The notes under the pieces were generated by a model. It saw only the letters and a program-made list of their open reading frames with translations, was not told where the DNA came from and searched no databases. The position numbers and the translations under genes are program-made. Source: Lama glama (Eukaryota). Taken from it: a stretch of 60,000 bases of DNA. Below, piece after piece: positions 12,041-24,773 of this stretch; the stretch's first letter is position 1; every line of letters begins with the position of its first letter. Location of the stretch: the NCBI GenBank assembly GCA_028534125.1, contig CM052818.1:7504001-7564000 (forward strand). The letters run 5' to 3'.

Positions 12041-13409
12041 TTAACAGAGCTGGGAAGGGACTTAAAGATCATCTAAAACCTCTAAAACCTCTTATCTGCT
12101 GTACTAGTAGAGCAAGGCCCAGAGATCCTGGTGACTTACTCAACATCCTGCAGCTAAATTAGGGGGGCACACCTGCTTCCCCAAAATTGCAGTACCGTCA
12201 TTTTTCATTTCGGTTTCCTTTCCTTGGTGGTTGGGATCATTTTCTTGGTACCTCCTCTTCTTATACCAGGCTTAGAACAACTTGCACTGTATTTTACTCT
12301 GATTTTCCATGGCTTCACTGTGACCCTCCATTCTTTTAGCACTCCTACATTGTGAAAACGGAACGCCATCTGTCATTTGATCAGTGCACAACAGTCCCTC
12401 AAGAGCTGAGTAAATGCCTTTTCTATGAAGCATCCTTCCCTTTTAAGCATAATGCAGTGTTATAATTTAACTTTCAAGATCCACTCAAAGAGAAAAGGTT
12501 GATAAAACAGGTCCATACCATAAACATTCTCCCCCTGGGCAGTGTGACTGTAACTATACCAGGATGTGCCCTTCTTGAGCTAACAACAAATTACCTAATG
12601 ATCTTCCACTTCCAGGCTTTTAAGAGCCCTTCTCTCAGAAAGAAAAGATGGTGTGTTGGTTTCTACATGATCTCTTCATATAATGAGCCTAAGCTATTAT
12701 TTCAAAAAGATCATCTAGGCACAAAACTAATCCAGGTGGAAATCTCCTTCGCCCTCCTATTTTCTCAAACTCTATAGGGTAGAGTCATAAACTAAGGCAG
12801 GTTTTACTAATAACAGCTCACCAGAAGGACACGCTATTTGGAAATTAGGTCACATCTTAGGGCTTTCTGCCAGACTCACACACAGGAATAGTAACATCGT
12901 TGCCAGAAGTATCTTTGAACACAAAGCACAATGACAGATAATGTTGTTCTCCTGGGAAATGCTGAGCGACTGGATTCCTTATAGGGTCTCTTGGAGTAGA
13001 AGTTTCCTGACAAAAATAAAGGGGTTGAATGGAATGCTTTCAATGTCTGACTTTCCAAAATAGACTACTTCTCTGTCCATGTTTTTATTGTGTTTAAATT
13101 TCCTGTGCCTGAAGTGCCTGGCACGGGGTAGGGATTGAAATGTGCGGAGTAGAAGAGGGAACCATCTATTTTCTTTCTCTTCTGTTATCCCATCCCCACA
13201 TTGCCTCCAAGAAACATAAATGCAGACAAGCTTTCCCAGTGAAGAGCTCAGACTCTCCCTTTGGGTTCTGTTCTTCATGTTTGTGGGATGTTTGGTCAGG
13301 GCATCCTGTTATCTGGGGCCTTTGAGTGCTTAGCACCCTGCCCTTGTCACAACACCTGTCCTTCCTACCTTGGAGAGGGATGAGTTTAAAATCCTGCCCC
13401 AGGTAACAC

Positions 13410-13518
13410 CTGGGAGCATGTTAGAACTGTGGAATCTCAGGTCTCACTCCAGAATCAGAATCTGCGCTTTAATGGGGTCCCCTGCAGACTCATGCACACA
13501 TTCAGGTTTGAGAAGCAT
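13410..13518 (+). mobile_element. MER5-type hAT-Charlie fragment
   Basis: gttagaa...aatctcagg...gaatcagaatctgc...caggtttgagaagca. Confidence 0.7.
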
Positions 13519-14499
13519 GAGTATAAAGCCTGCTGGAATGATGGGTTCTCCAAATACTAACTGCCTGCTTGTCTGTTGAGATGGATAGCTTCGGAGTGCA
13601 TTTCAGGTGGACAGTTGTTTCCAGAAAGGAGAGAAGGATAAGGGGCCCACCAGATTTCTGGTGCTTGCAAATTGACAGGCATCATCAGATCTATGGCAAG
13701 GGACAGAGCGTCTGCTTCAGGGGACCGAGGCTGACAGTCGGCACCAGCAGGCCAGTGAGATTCTCTTCTGTACATCTCAGCAAGACTTTGAAACTATCCA
13801 GGGCCTCTTGCTGTTTTTCTTCTGTGTGTTTCCTAAAAACTGTTGCCAAAGCATTCAAAACTTAGAATTACAACTGATTGCCTAGTTGTCTAAGTAAAAG
13901 AATAAAGCTCTTTGGGGGCCACAAATTTCCATTCCATAAGAAATCAATAGAAAATTTTAATCTGTCAGTGATAAATCATTGTATGTATTGATTTCCACGG
14001 CTTTTAAGGCTCTTAACAGCACCAGGGGGAAAGGCTAATCTTTCTGGAATGTGCGTGCACTTGGAGCACAGCCCCCAGGGAGCAGGGAGCTTGCCGGTTA
14101 GTCAAGAGTGTGTTATAAACAAATTATAGGCAAAAATTCCTTTAACATGATAGAATTCTCCATTTTGGCTACTCTGTAGCATTTAGAAGGCGGACGATAC
14201 CGGGGATGGAACAAATGTTTAACAGCCATCTGCTTTGCATGCACAATTGGACTAACCAATTCACATGCAGCGTGGTACTTCGGTCTTTCTTTAAAAATAC
14301 TGCCAACAGCATTGTTCATTGAAACCCTCTCCTTCAATGCAAACTCAAAAAAAATGTGTCCTACTGCTATTCTACTGGTGATGTTTTTAGAGACGGATAA
14401 ACAACTGATAACGAATGAGGGAAAATCCTGGAAACATCTGTGGTATATGTTCCTCTGTAGATTGAATTTTACCTCCACGTATTTGTTCATAGAGTTCCC

Positions 14500-14825
14500 A
14501 CTGCCTGCCTGCTTCCCCCACCCACCTCTACTGGTTAAAAATCCTGCTTATTCTTCACAGAGTTCCTCTGTGTAACCTTCTCAGAGCTTACAAATTAGAG
14601 TTCTGTTTGCTTCCTCTGTGCTCTCACAGCCAGTGATGTGATCTCCTAGTACACCATGGAACTCTTTCTACCTTCCATTAGAGTTATTTGCCCTGCTTTA
14701 TCTCCACTGCTCCACTGCATGCTTCTTTAGAGCTACGCCTTATTATCTTGGTGGCTTTCCATCCAGCACAATGCTTGATACATTGTGTACAGTCCCTAAG
14801 TAGTCTTTGATTTGAGCAAATGAGG
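14500..14825 (+). mobile_element. L2 3' fragment
   Basis: cttcctctgtgctctcacagc...ccagcacaatgcttgataca...tgagcaaatga. Confidence 0.55.
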
Positions 14826-15500
14826 GTTTATTGAGTTCTCATTATTCAGGATCTCATAGACTAGTGTGACCAGAGAGCAATAAATATGGAAAAGCAGATA
14901 TTAGGGGAAAAGCAATGGGACTCCACTGAGGTCTTAATTCTCTTTGTCTGTCAGTCAGTCAGCGAATACTTAACTAGCATCTATTGCATATTTGGAAAGA
15001 GGAAATTATAAAACAAGGAAGAGGAAGTTACAATCAGGTTATGAAGACAGAATGTTCAGGGCACTTACAGGCAAGACTATGACGCAGGCAGTTTTATTCA
15101 CCATCTATCTACACTGTCTGTCCCCCTCCCTCTGATTTCCTGCTGTCTTCACTTTCTTGTCTCCTTTGCTATGTCCTTATATGTGCATCTAAGTGTAATT
15201 CTTATCACTCCGTATTATAATTAAGTCAGGAAATTAAGTTTGAGCCTGGGCCATAGTTGGGGTTCAAGTATGTCTGTTTCTCACCAGTGACCCCAGGACC
15301 AGGCCTAAGTTCTTAGAGAAAGGAGCTGAGAGAGAATTTGAAAAAGGCTGTGATCACCAAGGACTTTGGAAGAGGAAGGGCATTAGGACCCAGAAAACAA
15401 AATGTAGCACCAGTGAGGCAAGTGGCATTCTTCCCATTTCTGAGCAGAAGACTGCTGGGTCACAGTGAGATGTGGACTGAAGGACAAACTTAATATTGGC

Positions 15501-15632
15501 ATCATTCATTCTTTCATTCATTCTATGTGCACATATGTCTTGAGCTGCTAGTAAGTGTCTGGCACTGTTCTGGGCCCAATGAAGACAACACTGAAGAAAA
15601 TGGACAAAGAACTTGCCTTCTTGGAGCTCACT
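15501..15632 (-). mobile_element. L2 3' end
   Basis: (ttca)n tail then ctggcactgttctggg...gccttcttggagctcac. Confidence 0.75.
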
Positions 15633-16949
15633 GCTGCTATGTGATGACCAAGAGGCATCATCTGTAGAAATTCATGTTCTTTTAAAATCTACCCCAAAAA
15701 AGGAGGGGCAAGTGACTGAGCTTGAGAAGAAAATATGGCCTCAATCACTCTCCTGTCTTTTAGCTCTACGTTTGCTGACTGGGTTAAAGTTGCCTCTTCC
15801 TTTTTGCCGCAGGGCAGCCTGAAAAACAGTAACAATTTTCTGCTCTGAACTGTTCCAGAGATGCTGGCTTCTAGTCAGGCTGCCTACTATATTTATTCCC
15901 TGTAAAATTGTTTTCTAGAATTTCTTGAAAACAATGTGAAAAGCCTTAAACTACTATAATATAGTATTGTTTTCTTCCATCATTAAAGAAGAGTTTTGTA
16001 AGTCAAAAAACAAAACAAAACAAAAACAACCCCCAAAACCTGTCATCCTTGGGGCTTGAAAGCAGCAGAGATCAGCAGGGGGACCTGAAATGGAAACGTA
16101 TATGTGGTTAGTGTGGGAGCCCATGTCAACAGCTTGGCAGGAGGCTGCGTTCCCACGTAGGTAAGTAGGGCAGAGCTTGTGAAATTTGGGTTATTTGTCT
16201 TAGGAAGACCAATTTGTACTCGGACTGGTGAAGCCTGCACAAATTTGGGTTACATGATAACTTATTTATTTACTTTCTCCCCTTTCAAACTATGAACACA
16301 TTGATAATAGGAACTTTATCTCACCAGCAGGTAGAAGAGTTAAAGGTGCACATTAGGCATAGCTTCTCACATAATATATATGTGAGAAAGGGAGGGGAAA
16401 AAGAAAATACTCGATGATTGCAAATATTTCAGATGTATCTATTTTTTTGCAAATGGCAGGAATTTATTCAGAGCCAAGCTGGGTGACAGTGTGATAGATC
16501 TCCATCAACATCAGATATTAAAATAAGGTGGGGAGATTGGAGGAATTCTGAAGATACTTTGAGAAATGGCCACATTATTGGAATATAACTTTTAGTTGCA
16601 ACTGCATTTAAAAAAATACATTGGCTGTCTGAGCAGTGGCATGTGTGCAAAAATCTTTTCATTACTTTATAGTCATACTTCCTGTGGCAAGTGCTAGATT
16701 GTGTGTTAGTGATCATAAGGCCTGCAGGAATTCCAAAAAGAGCTCATTATCAGGGAAAGTTTTTGTCTACCCAGGTTTTAAAAGGATCAATATTATAATC
16801 TTGGCACTGAAATACTGAATTTAAGAAATGAAGAACCAAAAAGAAGAAATAATATAAAATTGATCAGTATCTTAACAACAACAACAAAAAGAGTAAAATT
16901 ATTAAAGCAGTAACCCAAAATGAAAATCTAAAAAGAATGGTGAAAATAC

Positions 16950-18027
16950 TTTTATTTAGAAATAACAGAAACAAATTCTGGCTGGTTTAAGTAACAAAGA
17001 GGACTTAATAGAAGGATAATGAGAGTTTCAGCCAACTCACCCCAAGATAACCATCCTATGTATTTATGGTTGGGTGGTGTTTATGCTGTACCCTTTGTTA
17101 AGTATTTCAGCCTTCTGCTCTGGACACTTGAGTTCCTCATAGACTCCCAGGGCAAAATGCAGCTGGTCCTCAGAAATGGACTAGGGCCTGTGTGTCATAT
17201 ATGGTAGTTTGGGCAACAAGGGACAGAAAACTCTGACTCATGTTGGCTTTTAACAGGGATTGGCAAGTGACAGCCCACAGGTTGGTCACCTGTTTTGCTG
17301 GAATATATTCAGAACCATTCATATGCATATTTCTTAAGGCTGCTTTAGATCTACAATGGCAAAGTCGTGACAAAGACCTCCTTGTTCATGTCCAGCAGGA
17401 GAAAGAGTAGCCTCCCTGCTAGACATGGGATATAAATTTTCAATCAGATTGAGCCAATTTAAGATGCATGCCCATCACTGGGTCAATACAGTTGCCAGGG
17501 GATTGCCACATACACATTGCCTTAGCCAATCTGCAACCCCCTCTAAGGACGGGGCATCCAGAGCATCAGCATTGCTTACAAAGGAGGAAGTGGAGAGTGG
17601 ATGTTAAGTAAGCAACCAACAGTGCTGAGACAACCAGGCATCAGAGGGGAACCTAGTCATCTCTGCCTCCATCCCTAAATCTCTGCTTCTCTCTTTGTCT
17701 CTGATTCATTGTTCTTTCTCCTCACAGCTTGTTTTCTTCTACTTCTCCCAACACATGGTGGAAAACAAAGCTTCCAGTAGCTCCTGTGTTTACTACTACA
17801 GTCTGACAATTCAAAGAGACTTATCTCTATTTCTCCTTTTTATTTTCAAGTTCCTGAGGAAAGATTTTGATGGGCCCAGGTGGGGTCAGGGGCTTATCCT
17901 TCAATCAAAGGTGAGGTCATGTTCTTGAGCTTAGAAACTCCCACTGTAACCAAGTGGATGGTGGCAGAGAGAGGGTCAGTTCTGGGAAATGGTGTTGGGC
18001 AGGTGAGCTAATAGGTGTCTGCTACAG
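16950..18027 (-). mobile_element. Cluster of old MaLR (MLT1) LTR fragments
   Basis: ataacagaaac...ctggtttaagtaac...; ends gtgtctgctaca; internal boundaries uncertain. Confidence 0.5.
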
Positions 18028-18089
18028 TATGTTTATTTCTCCATGTCAGATTAAATAGTCCAACATTTGCCATTATAAATGCATATATG

Positions 18090-18520
18090 AGGATTATTTT
18101 TCATTTTGAGAAACATAGACCCAAAAAAGCATGCATTCAGACAGGGGAGTTTATCTTTCTTTCATAGAAAACTCCAAGGGTAGGCAAGCTGGTATGCCAT
18201 TTCTGCCCACCCATCTACTATGTTGCCCTTGTCTTCATGGTCCAAGATGTCAGTTAGAGCCCCTGCTAGCATGTCCAGAATTGTAGCAGCAGGATGGAGG
18301 AAGGGACAGAGAAGGGGCAAGAGGTACACACCAACTGTCACTTAAGGAAAGTTCTAGACGTTGCCATATAAAACTTCCACCCAGTCCTTTGCAAGGGAAA
18401 CTGGGAAACAGCCTTTTTTCTTACTGGACAGCTACATGCCTAGCTTAAAAATCAGGGGCTCTAATACTGTGGAAGAAAGGAGAGCACATATTAAGGGACA
18501 AAGAGCAGAGTGATCATAGT
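18090..18520 (-). mobile_element. MaLR LTR (MLT1J-like)
   Basis: gtcttcatggtccaagatg...gcaagggaaactgggaaa...aaaatcaggggctctaatactgtggaagaaagg. Confidence 0.7.
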
Positions 18521-21180
18521 CTCTGTATAGTGATTATTCATTTTTATAATACACAGGCCTTTAAGCTAAAAGGGTTTCTTTTTAACTCAGAAAGAAAAAA
18601 ATAATAATCCTCATTAAGAAACATAAAGGGGAGGTTAATAATACAACTCATGTCTTGTACTCCCATAATTGAAATTTGAATGCATTAAAGTAGCAGAAAA
18701 ATATACAAAATACAGCTATTGTTTGCTTGTGCATGTATGGCCTTCAAATAAAGGCAATGCTGTGTCCTAGTGAAGAACTGTCTCCTAGACACTGACAACC
18801 AGTTCATGTCATTTTTGACAAAATTCTGTGGAATTCTGTAACTATTGTTAAGGATTAGCATGCCTTAAATTCAGACTCAGAAACACAAAGTGCTGAAGAG
18901 CTATTATTTAAGCCCAGGAACCTTCTTCCACCGGCTAAGCTATCAAGATGGAAATGTCCAAAATGACCAGCTGTATTTCCTCATCTTTAAAAAAAAGCAT
19001 TCCTGGTTCTTCTTGCTGCAGTCATAGCTTGAGAAAGCTTCACCAGAGGATTTGTAACTTGTCTTTCAAATTATGATCGAAGGGCCTACCCTTTCCATAG
19101 CCAGTTTCCTATGGAAAAGAGATTCAAATCAGATTCTCCATGCTGCCAGGGTCTGTTCTTAATGGTGACTATATAAGTCTGACTCAGTCCATTTAGATTT
19201 AGAAAAATAAATAAATAAATAAGAAAGTTCAGGTCTCTTGCCTGTGAATGAATGGGCCGTAGAAAAAGGGGATTTTTTTAGTACCTGAAAAATTCCACTG
19301 AAACCAAGCTTTGCTGCAGAGGGTGTGCCAGCAATCAGGTCAACACCCTTCCCACAGTCAGGGAGTACAAGTGCATGTACTCAACTATTATTTGGTGACA
19401 AGAATAGAACATTATTCTGAGCAATAAAGTGTTATTCAGATTCTACCAAAGTACATAGATGCTGTAACATGGTAATTATTCTAAGAAAGAGTGTTTAATT
19501 TAGAAATTACCTAACCTTTTTGGTTTCCATTTTTGATGACATTTGTCATCTAAATTAGCAACAAACCTGTGTCTCTTAGGCTTTTACATCAGACTCCAAA
19601 CCTGATTCACAATTTTATTTTAGGACCATCAACCCATTTTTTAGTGTTCAGCCTGTCCCAGAGATTTAAGGACAATCCAGACCCAGGTAATCTGCAGACA
19701 GAGTAGAGAAGCAAAGGAATTAGTGCCACTGTCTTTAAGCAGGGCAGAAGAGTGACCATGTCACCACTGGACTGTCATCCCCCAGTATGGTACTTCTGGA
19801 GTTCTGGGCAGAAAAGGAAGTCACAAAACAGCTGATGGTTGCCAAGTGCTGGGACTTTGGCCTCTTCCTGTGAACCAACAAAATACCCTCAGTGTAGCAC
19901 AGGGCCTGGTATAGACAGGTGCTTAAAAAATTACTGCCAAATGAATGAATTAGTAAGTGGATTTTCGGGGGATCTAAGACTTGATTAAATATAACCAACA
20001 TTGGACTGATTATTTTGTTGGTTCACAACTGATCCTGACAGTTAGATGGGGTTACAGGTAATTTTTTTTATTGTCCAAACTTCGTACAGTGTTATCATAT
20101 TCCTGTAATTATTTTATATTCCTCTAACGCTTTTAATAAAAAATACAACAGTAATAGCAAGCCCTAGTGTTAAAAATTGAGTGATAAATTTTGATCTATC
20201 CAAAGTTCCTTTAAGTAATAGAACTGCCGCTATAAATAACAAACAGTTGCTTTTTAAAAATTTAATCAATTATTTAATCATAATAATAGATTCTATCTGT
20301 CATATGGATAACACAGTTATAGCAAATCCACTTAAGGCTTCCCTGGAGTAAAGAAAAAGGCATAGGTGAAAACTAGAGCATAAAATAGCTTTTACTGTTT
20401 TAGGCCATCTGTAGAGAAGAACATTGAGATGAGTGACCCTATTTTAACCTCTGTACCAACCATGTTATCATTTACTAAGCACCCATCATGCTGTGGTTAG
20501 GCTTACCAGGAAACACTTGAGAGCAACCTCAGAAATTCTGTCATTAGTACATGTAGTCTACCTCATACTACTGAGAAAAGTACTTCTTGAAATGTCTCAA
20601 AAAGGGAAGTATTTTTATAAACATGTAACAGCTGTGGCGGCCGTCAGACCTGGACCAATGGTGTCAATGCTTTCCCCCACAAACCGACTTGCTTTCAGAA
20701 TCCCTCCCGCTTTCAGCAGAGAAAACAGGTCACATGAATTCAAGGCTCCTAACACTACTGTGAGCACTATGAGTCCCGTCCAGATGGGAACCGTGAATGT
20801 TATCCTTCAAAGACAACAGAGAATAAATACTGAGGTGGTGTTTTAACCATGAGATCTGATAAATTCTATCCTTCAGCTAAATGCCTTTCTGTGCAGCAGA
20901 AATAGCCAGGTTATTTGAGTATTTAAAAGGAGGTTTACCAAAAAAAAAAGGCGGGGGGGATGGAAGGACAAGATGTTTTATCAAGTTCTTCAAAACCAAC
21001 AGTTGAAGTGAACAAACTGTTGTGGGTGCTTTTAATATGTGAATTTATGAAGTTGTATGCTCATTTCTGTCATCAGGAAGCAAGAGATAAAAATCCCTTT
21101 TAAAATCACCGAATCAACACAGATATGATCTTTGCAGGATTTTCTCATCTCTGTCATTTCTGTGTCTGAAGATTTGAATT

Positions 21181-22640
21181 TTCATTCATTCAAACATATT
21201 TGCTGATTTCCTGCCAGGTGACTGACACTGATCTGGAGCTCGGATACATCCGTGAACAAAATAAACAGATCCCTGTGCTTATGGAGATTACATTATAGGT
21301 GGGAAACAGAATGAACCATAAACAAAACAAGTAAGTAACTTCAATAGACATTAGGAAGGATAAATGTTATGGAAAATGGAAATATTAAACCAGAGTAAGA
21401 TAATCAAGAGTGCTAGGTATGGAGAGGGAAGGCCAATTCAGTTCAAACAGGTGGCAGAGTGGCCCCTTTAAGAAGGTGAAAACCTGGGGAACATGAGAAG
21501 GAGAGGGAGTGGGCCACGTGGCTATCCAGGGAAAGCATTCCAGGCCGAAGGTCTGGGGTGTTTGAGGAACAGCAAGGACACCAGCATGGCTGGAGGGGAA
21601 TGGATGAAGGTCAAGTTGGTAGGAATTGGGGCCACAGAGGTGATGGGGTTGTACAGGCCTTTGTGGACACTTGTATTGCTCTGAGTGACATAGGACACCA
21701 TTGTGAGGTTTTTGAGCAGGAGTGGATGATCTGACTCTATTTTTGAAGTATCTCTCTAACTCAATTCTTGAGACTGGCCTGTAGGAGAAGCAAGGAGCAA
21801 GGGTAGCAGCAGGGAGGCTTGAGAAGTGATGGCAGTTACCCAAAAGAGATGACGGTGGCTCAGACCAGGCTAGTGGAGGTGGAGGTGGTGAAAAGTGCTT
21901 GGATTCCACACGTATTTTGAAGGAGGAGCCAACATGATTTAGATGTGAGAAAGGAGACAAAGGGAGAGGAGTCAAGGATGACGCTGAAGTTTTTGGTGGG
22001 AACTAATTAAGGATCAAGTTGCCATCAACTGAGGTATAGACGGTGGGTGGAGCAGGCTTGAGAAGGGAGAATGAGGGTTCGAGTTTGGACTTGCTAAGTC
22101 TGATGTGTCAAGCCGGCAGTTGGATAAAGTTCTGTAGTTCAGGAGAGGAATGTGAGCTGGAGATACACATTTGGCAGCATGTTTAAGGCCGTGAAATTGG
22201 GTGAGATCACCAAGGGAGGGAGTAAGGAAGAGAAGAGGCCCAGGAAGAAGGCCCTGGGGCCCTCCAGGGTTATGAGGTTGGGGAGGAGAGGAGGGACCAG
22301 CAAAGGAGACTGAAAAGGTAGAAAGTGAGGAGGAGGAAACCCAAGAGAGGGTGTGTCCTGGAAGCCATGTGAAGAAACTCTTCCAGAGAAGAGGGAGGAA
22401 TCAGCTGTGTCAAATGCTGCTGACACACACCTAAGCTGAGGCCTGAGAACTGACGGATGGACTTAGACAAGTGTAGTCATTGGCGTCTCTGGGAAGAGTA
22501 GTTTCAATGAGGCTTTCATGGGAGACACACATGTTTGAAGTGAGTTTTAAGAAATGATAAGAAGAGAGAAATTAGAAGCAGCAAGTATAGATATCCCTTT
22601 AGAAAACTTTTGCTTAAAAGAGTACAAAGAAATGAGGCTG
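21181..22640 (-). mobile_element. Long L2 copy (~1.45 kb) with a decayed reverse-transcriptase region
   Basis: (ttca)n 3' tail at 21181; ORF 22139-22426 contains SAAFDT, matching the L2/CR1 RT motif LDLSAAFDTVDH; also explains ORF 21385-21975. Confidence 0.9.
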
Positions 22641-24064
22641 TGGCCCCCTATTTTTCATATGTGTTTTCTTCATGTATTAGTATGAAAAATTAATAATTGC
22701 CAAATGAATGCCCTGTTTTTTTTCTTCAAGCAGGCAAGTATATCCTAAACACAGTTATTTACTATGGAGTTATTTAATAAACCATTAATATTACTTTCTG
22801 TACAAGGCCATTTCCAGAGATTATAAAATCATCTCCATTATAAAAGATCCTTGAGGCAGAAGGAGGCTTCTCAAATTGATAGATGCTTGGGTGTTTCTCC
22901 CATTCACTGGAGATGGAATAGCGCCGTGAAGCAGGAGTTCAGCTCCCTTTGCTCCTTATTCCCAGGACTTTGGGAAAAATCTTGCTTCCAATGTCTATTT
23001 CCAATAAAACAGGGGAAAAGGGAGTGTGAGTCAGTGTGAGGGCACCATGGTGTTGGGAAGGTGAGGGGATGGGAGGACTGGTGTCTCAGAAGTCAGATCT
23101 AATCCCCGTGACTGATTTTGACTATAATTTGGGTGTTTTATTTTAATAAGGCTACCTTCAGACCCAAACAAATGGGAATCATTTTGTCTACCTTCATAAG
23201 CAAGGATCAAGTCAGTTAATGCAGGTAAATCACTCAGCAGCTAGTAAACTCTCAACAGTTGGTGGCTCTCGGAGTTCACTCTTTTGATACCAAAGAGGGT
23301 ATGGTCAGGAGCCCTCCGAGACAGAGCCTGGAGAGGAGGAACTGCTGCAAAGTGTGCGGTGGGAAAGGGGCGTCAATGCAGCAGGTGCATGCCTTTTTTT
23401 AGAATCTCCTAGGAACTGCTGCATCAGTCCTGGTGCTGCCCCAACACCCTCACCTGTGCTAGTAACTTCTCTAGTGGAACTGAAAATACATGGAGAACTT
23501 GGCAAATGTCAACTGTGGCTAACATTCTGTCCCACTAAGAAATTCGTACCACAAGAACACACACACGCACCCATGCACACACAGACGCTGATCTGGCTTC
23601 AAAGTAATTGAGAATGAAGGAGATAGAGCAATTCTAAAATGTCATTTTCCCTAGGTCAGAGCAGGGTCAGAGGTATTCTGGGACCTGTTCTCAGGGGAAT
23701 TATTTCTAAGAACCTTGATAAAATGTACAAAGCTAGGGGGAAAGTAGAAAGGTGAAAAGCAGTGATTAGATAGAAGGGTTCTCTAAGAGAAAGGGCTAAT
23801 TGGTTTGATTGGAGTTTCTTTTATATATTGATGCCTACTCTCAGGTCAGCGGCATCACTTTCCAGGTGACATGAAAATAGTGAATATACAGCAAAAAGGG
23901 CCTGGCAGGTGCACAGAGCTAAGCTAACAACTGTCAACCCTGCCCATAAAATATTTTTACCCCTGGTTTTGGGGGGGTTGCTACTTCTCAGTGTCCTCTG
24001 CACTGCTTTACTGGTAGTAGCACCTAAAAGAGCTCTGAAACAAATCCCAAATTTGGGACAAATT

Positions 24065-24312
24065 TATAGTTGAATGAATAAAGCACAGGCTTTGGGATTC
24101 CACAAAACTGGAGCTCTTTTAATACCAACCAGGAAAATTTGGCTACATTACCTAACCTCTCACAGCCTTGGTTTGCTCCTCTGTTTATGGGTCTTAATAA
24201 GGCCTGCTTCCCTGGGTTGTTGCCAGGACCGAGTGAGAAATGAATGCAAAGCCTCCAGCACCAATGCATGACACACAGAAAGCGCTCAAGAAGTGGTAAA
24301 GTATTACCATCA
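24065..24312 (+). mobile_element. MIR SINE (near full length)
   Basis: aagcacaggctttgg...ttacctaacctctc...gggttgttg...cacacagaaagcgctcaa. Confidence 0.75.
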
Positions 24313-24517
24313 AGTATTACCATTTTTTAACGATTTCTTTTCACATAGGAGTTTCCATCCATCCCAAATTCAGGAGGGCTATTCTAAGAAACCAGTGGTC
24401 AGTGTGATTTGTAATTTCGGTGTCCAACCCACTTTCCTGAGGAACGTTTAGTGTAATCGAGGTGAAGCCCTCAGCAAGGTCCCTGGGCCGGATCTTCAAG
24501 TCCAGTATTACTAATGG

Positions 24518-24533
24518 CAAAGAACTGGAGGAG
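24518..24533 (+). repeat. 5' target-site duplication of the 7SK retrocopy
   Basis: caaagaactggaggag, identical to 24771-24786. Confidence 0.9.
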
Positions 24534-24773
24534 ATTGTGAGGGCGATCTGGCTGCGACATCTGTCACCCCACTGATCGCCAGGGTTGATTCGGGCGATCT
24601 GGCTGGCTAGGCGGGTGTCCCCTTCCTCCCTCACCGCTCCATGTGCGTCCCCCCCGAAGCTGCGCGCTCGGTCCAAGAGGACAACGGTCCCCGATAGAGG
24701 AGGACCGTTCTTCTCGGTCAAGGGTATACTAGTAGCTGCTCTCCCCTGTTAGAACCTCCCAACAAGCTCTCAA
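24533..24773 (+). pseudogene. RN7SK: 7SK snRNA processed pseudogene, nt ~1-239, 3'-truncated, no poly(A)
   Basis: About 94% match to remembered human 7SK from tgtgagggcgatctggctgcgacatctgtcacccc to caagctctcaa; lacks the 3' ~90 nt including the terminal hairpin and U-tract; TSD on both sides, so no native upstream type-3 Pol III promoter. Confidence 0.95.

Noticed and set aside
21385..22470. 196-aa and neighbouring minus-strand ORFs as a gene or active reverse transcriptase
   Set aside because: They lie within a decayed, frameshifted L2; only a remnant RT motif survives
24341..24721. 126-aa minus-strand ORF
   Set aside because: Largely antisense to the GC-rich 7SK copy; no recognisable protein
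24533..24773. Functional RN7SK gene
   Set aside because: Lacks the 3' ~90 nt (terminal hairpin, U-tract terminator), is bounded by TSDs, and has no native upstream promoter
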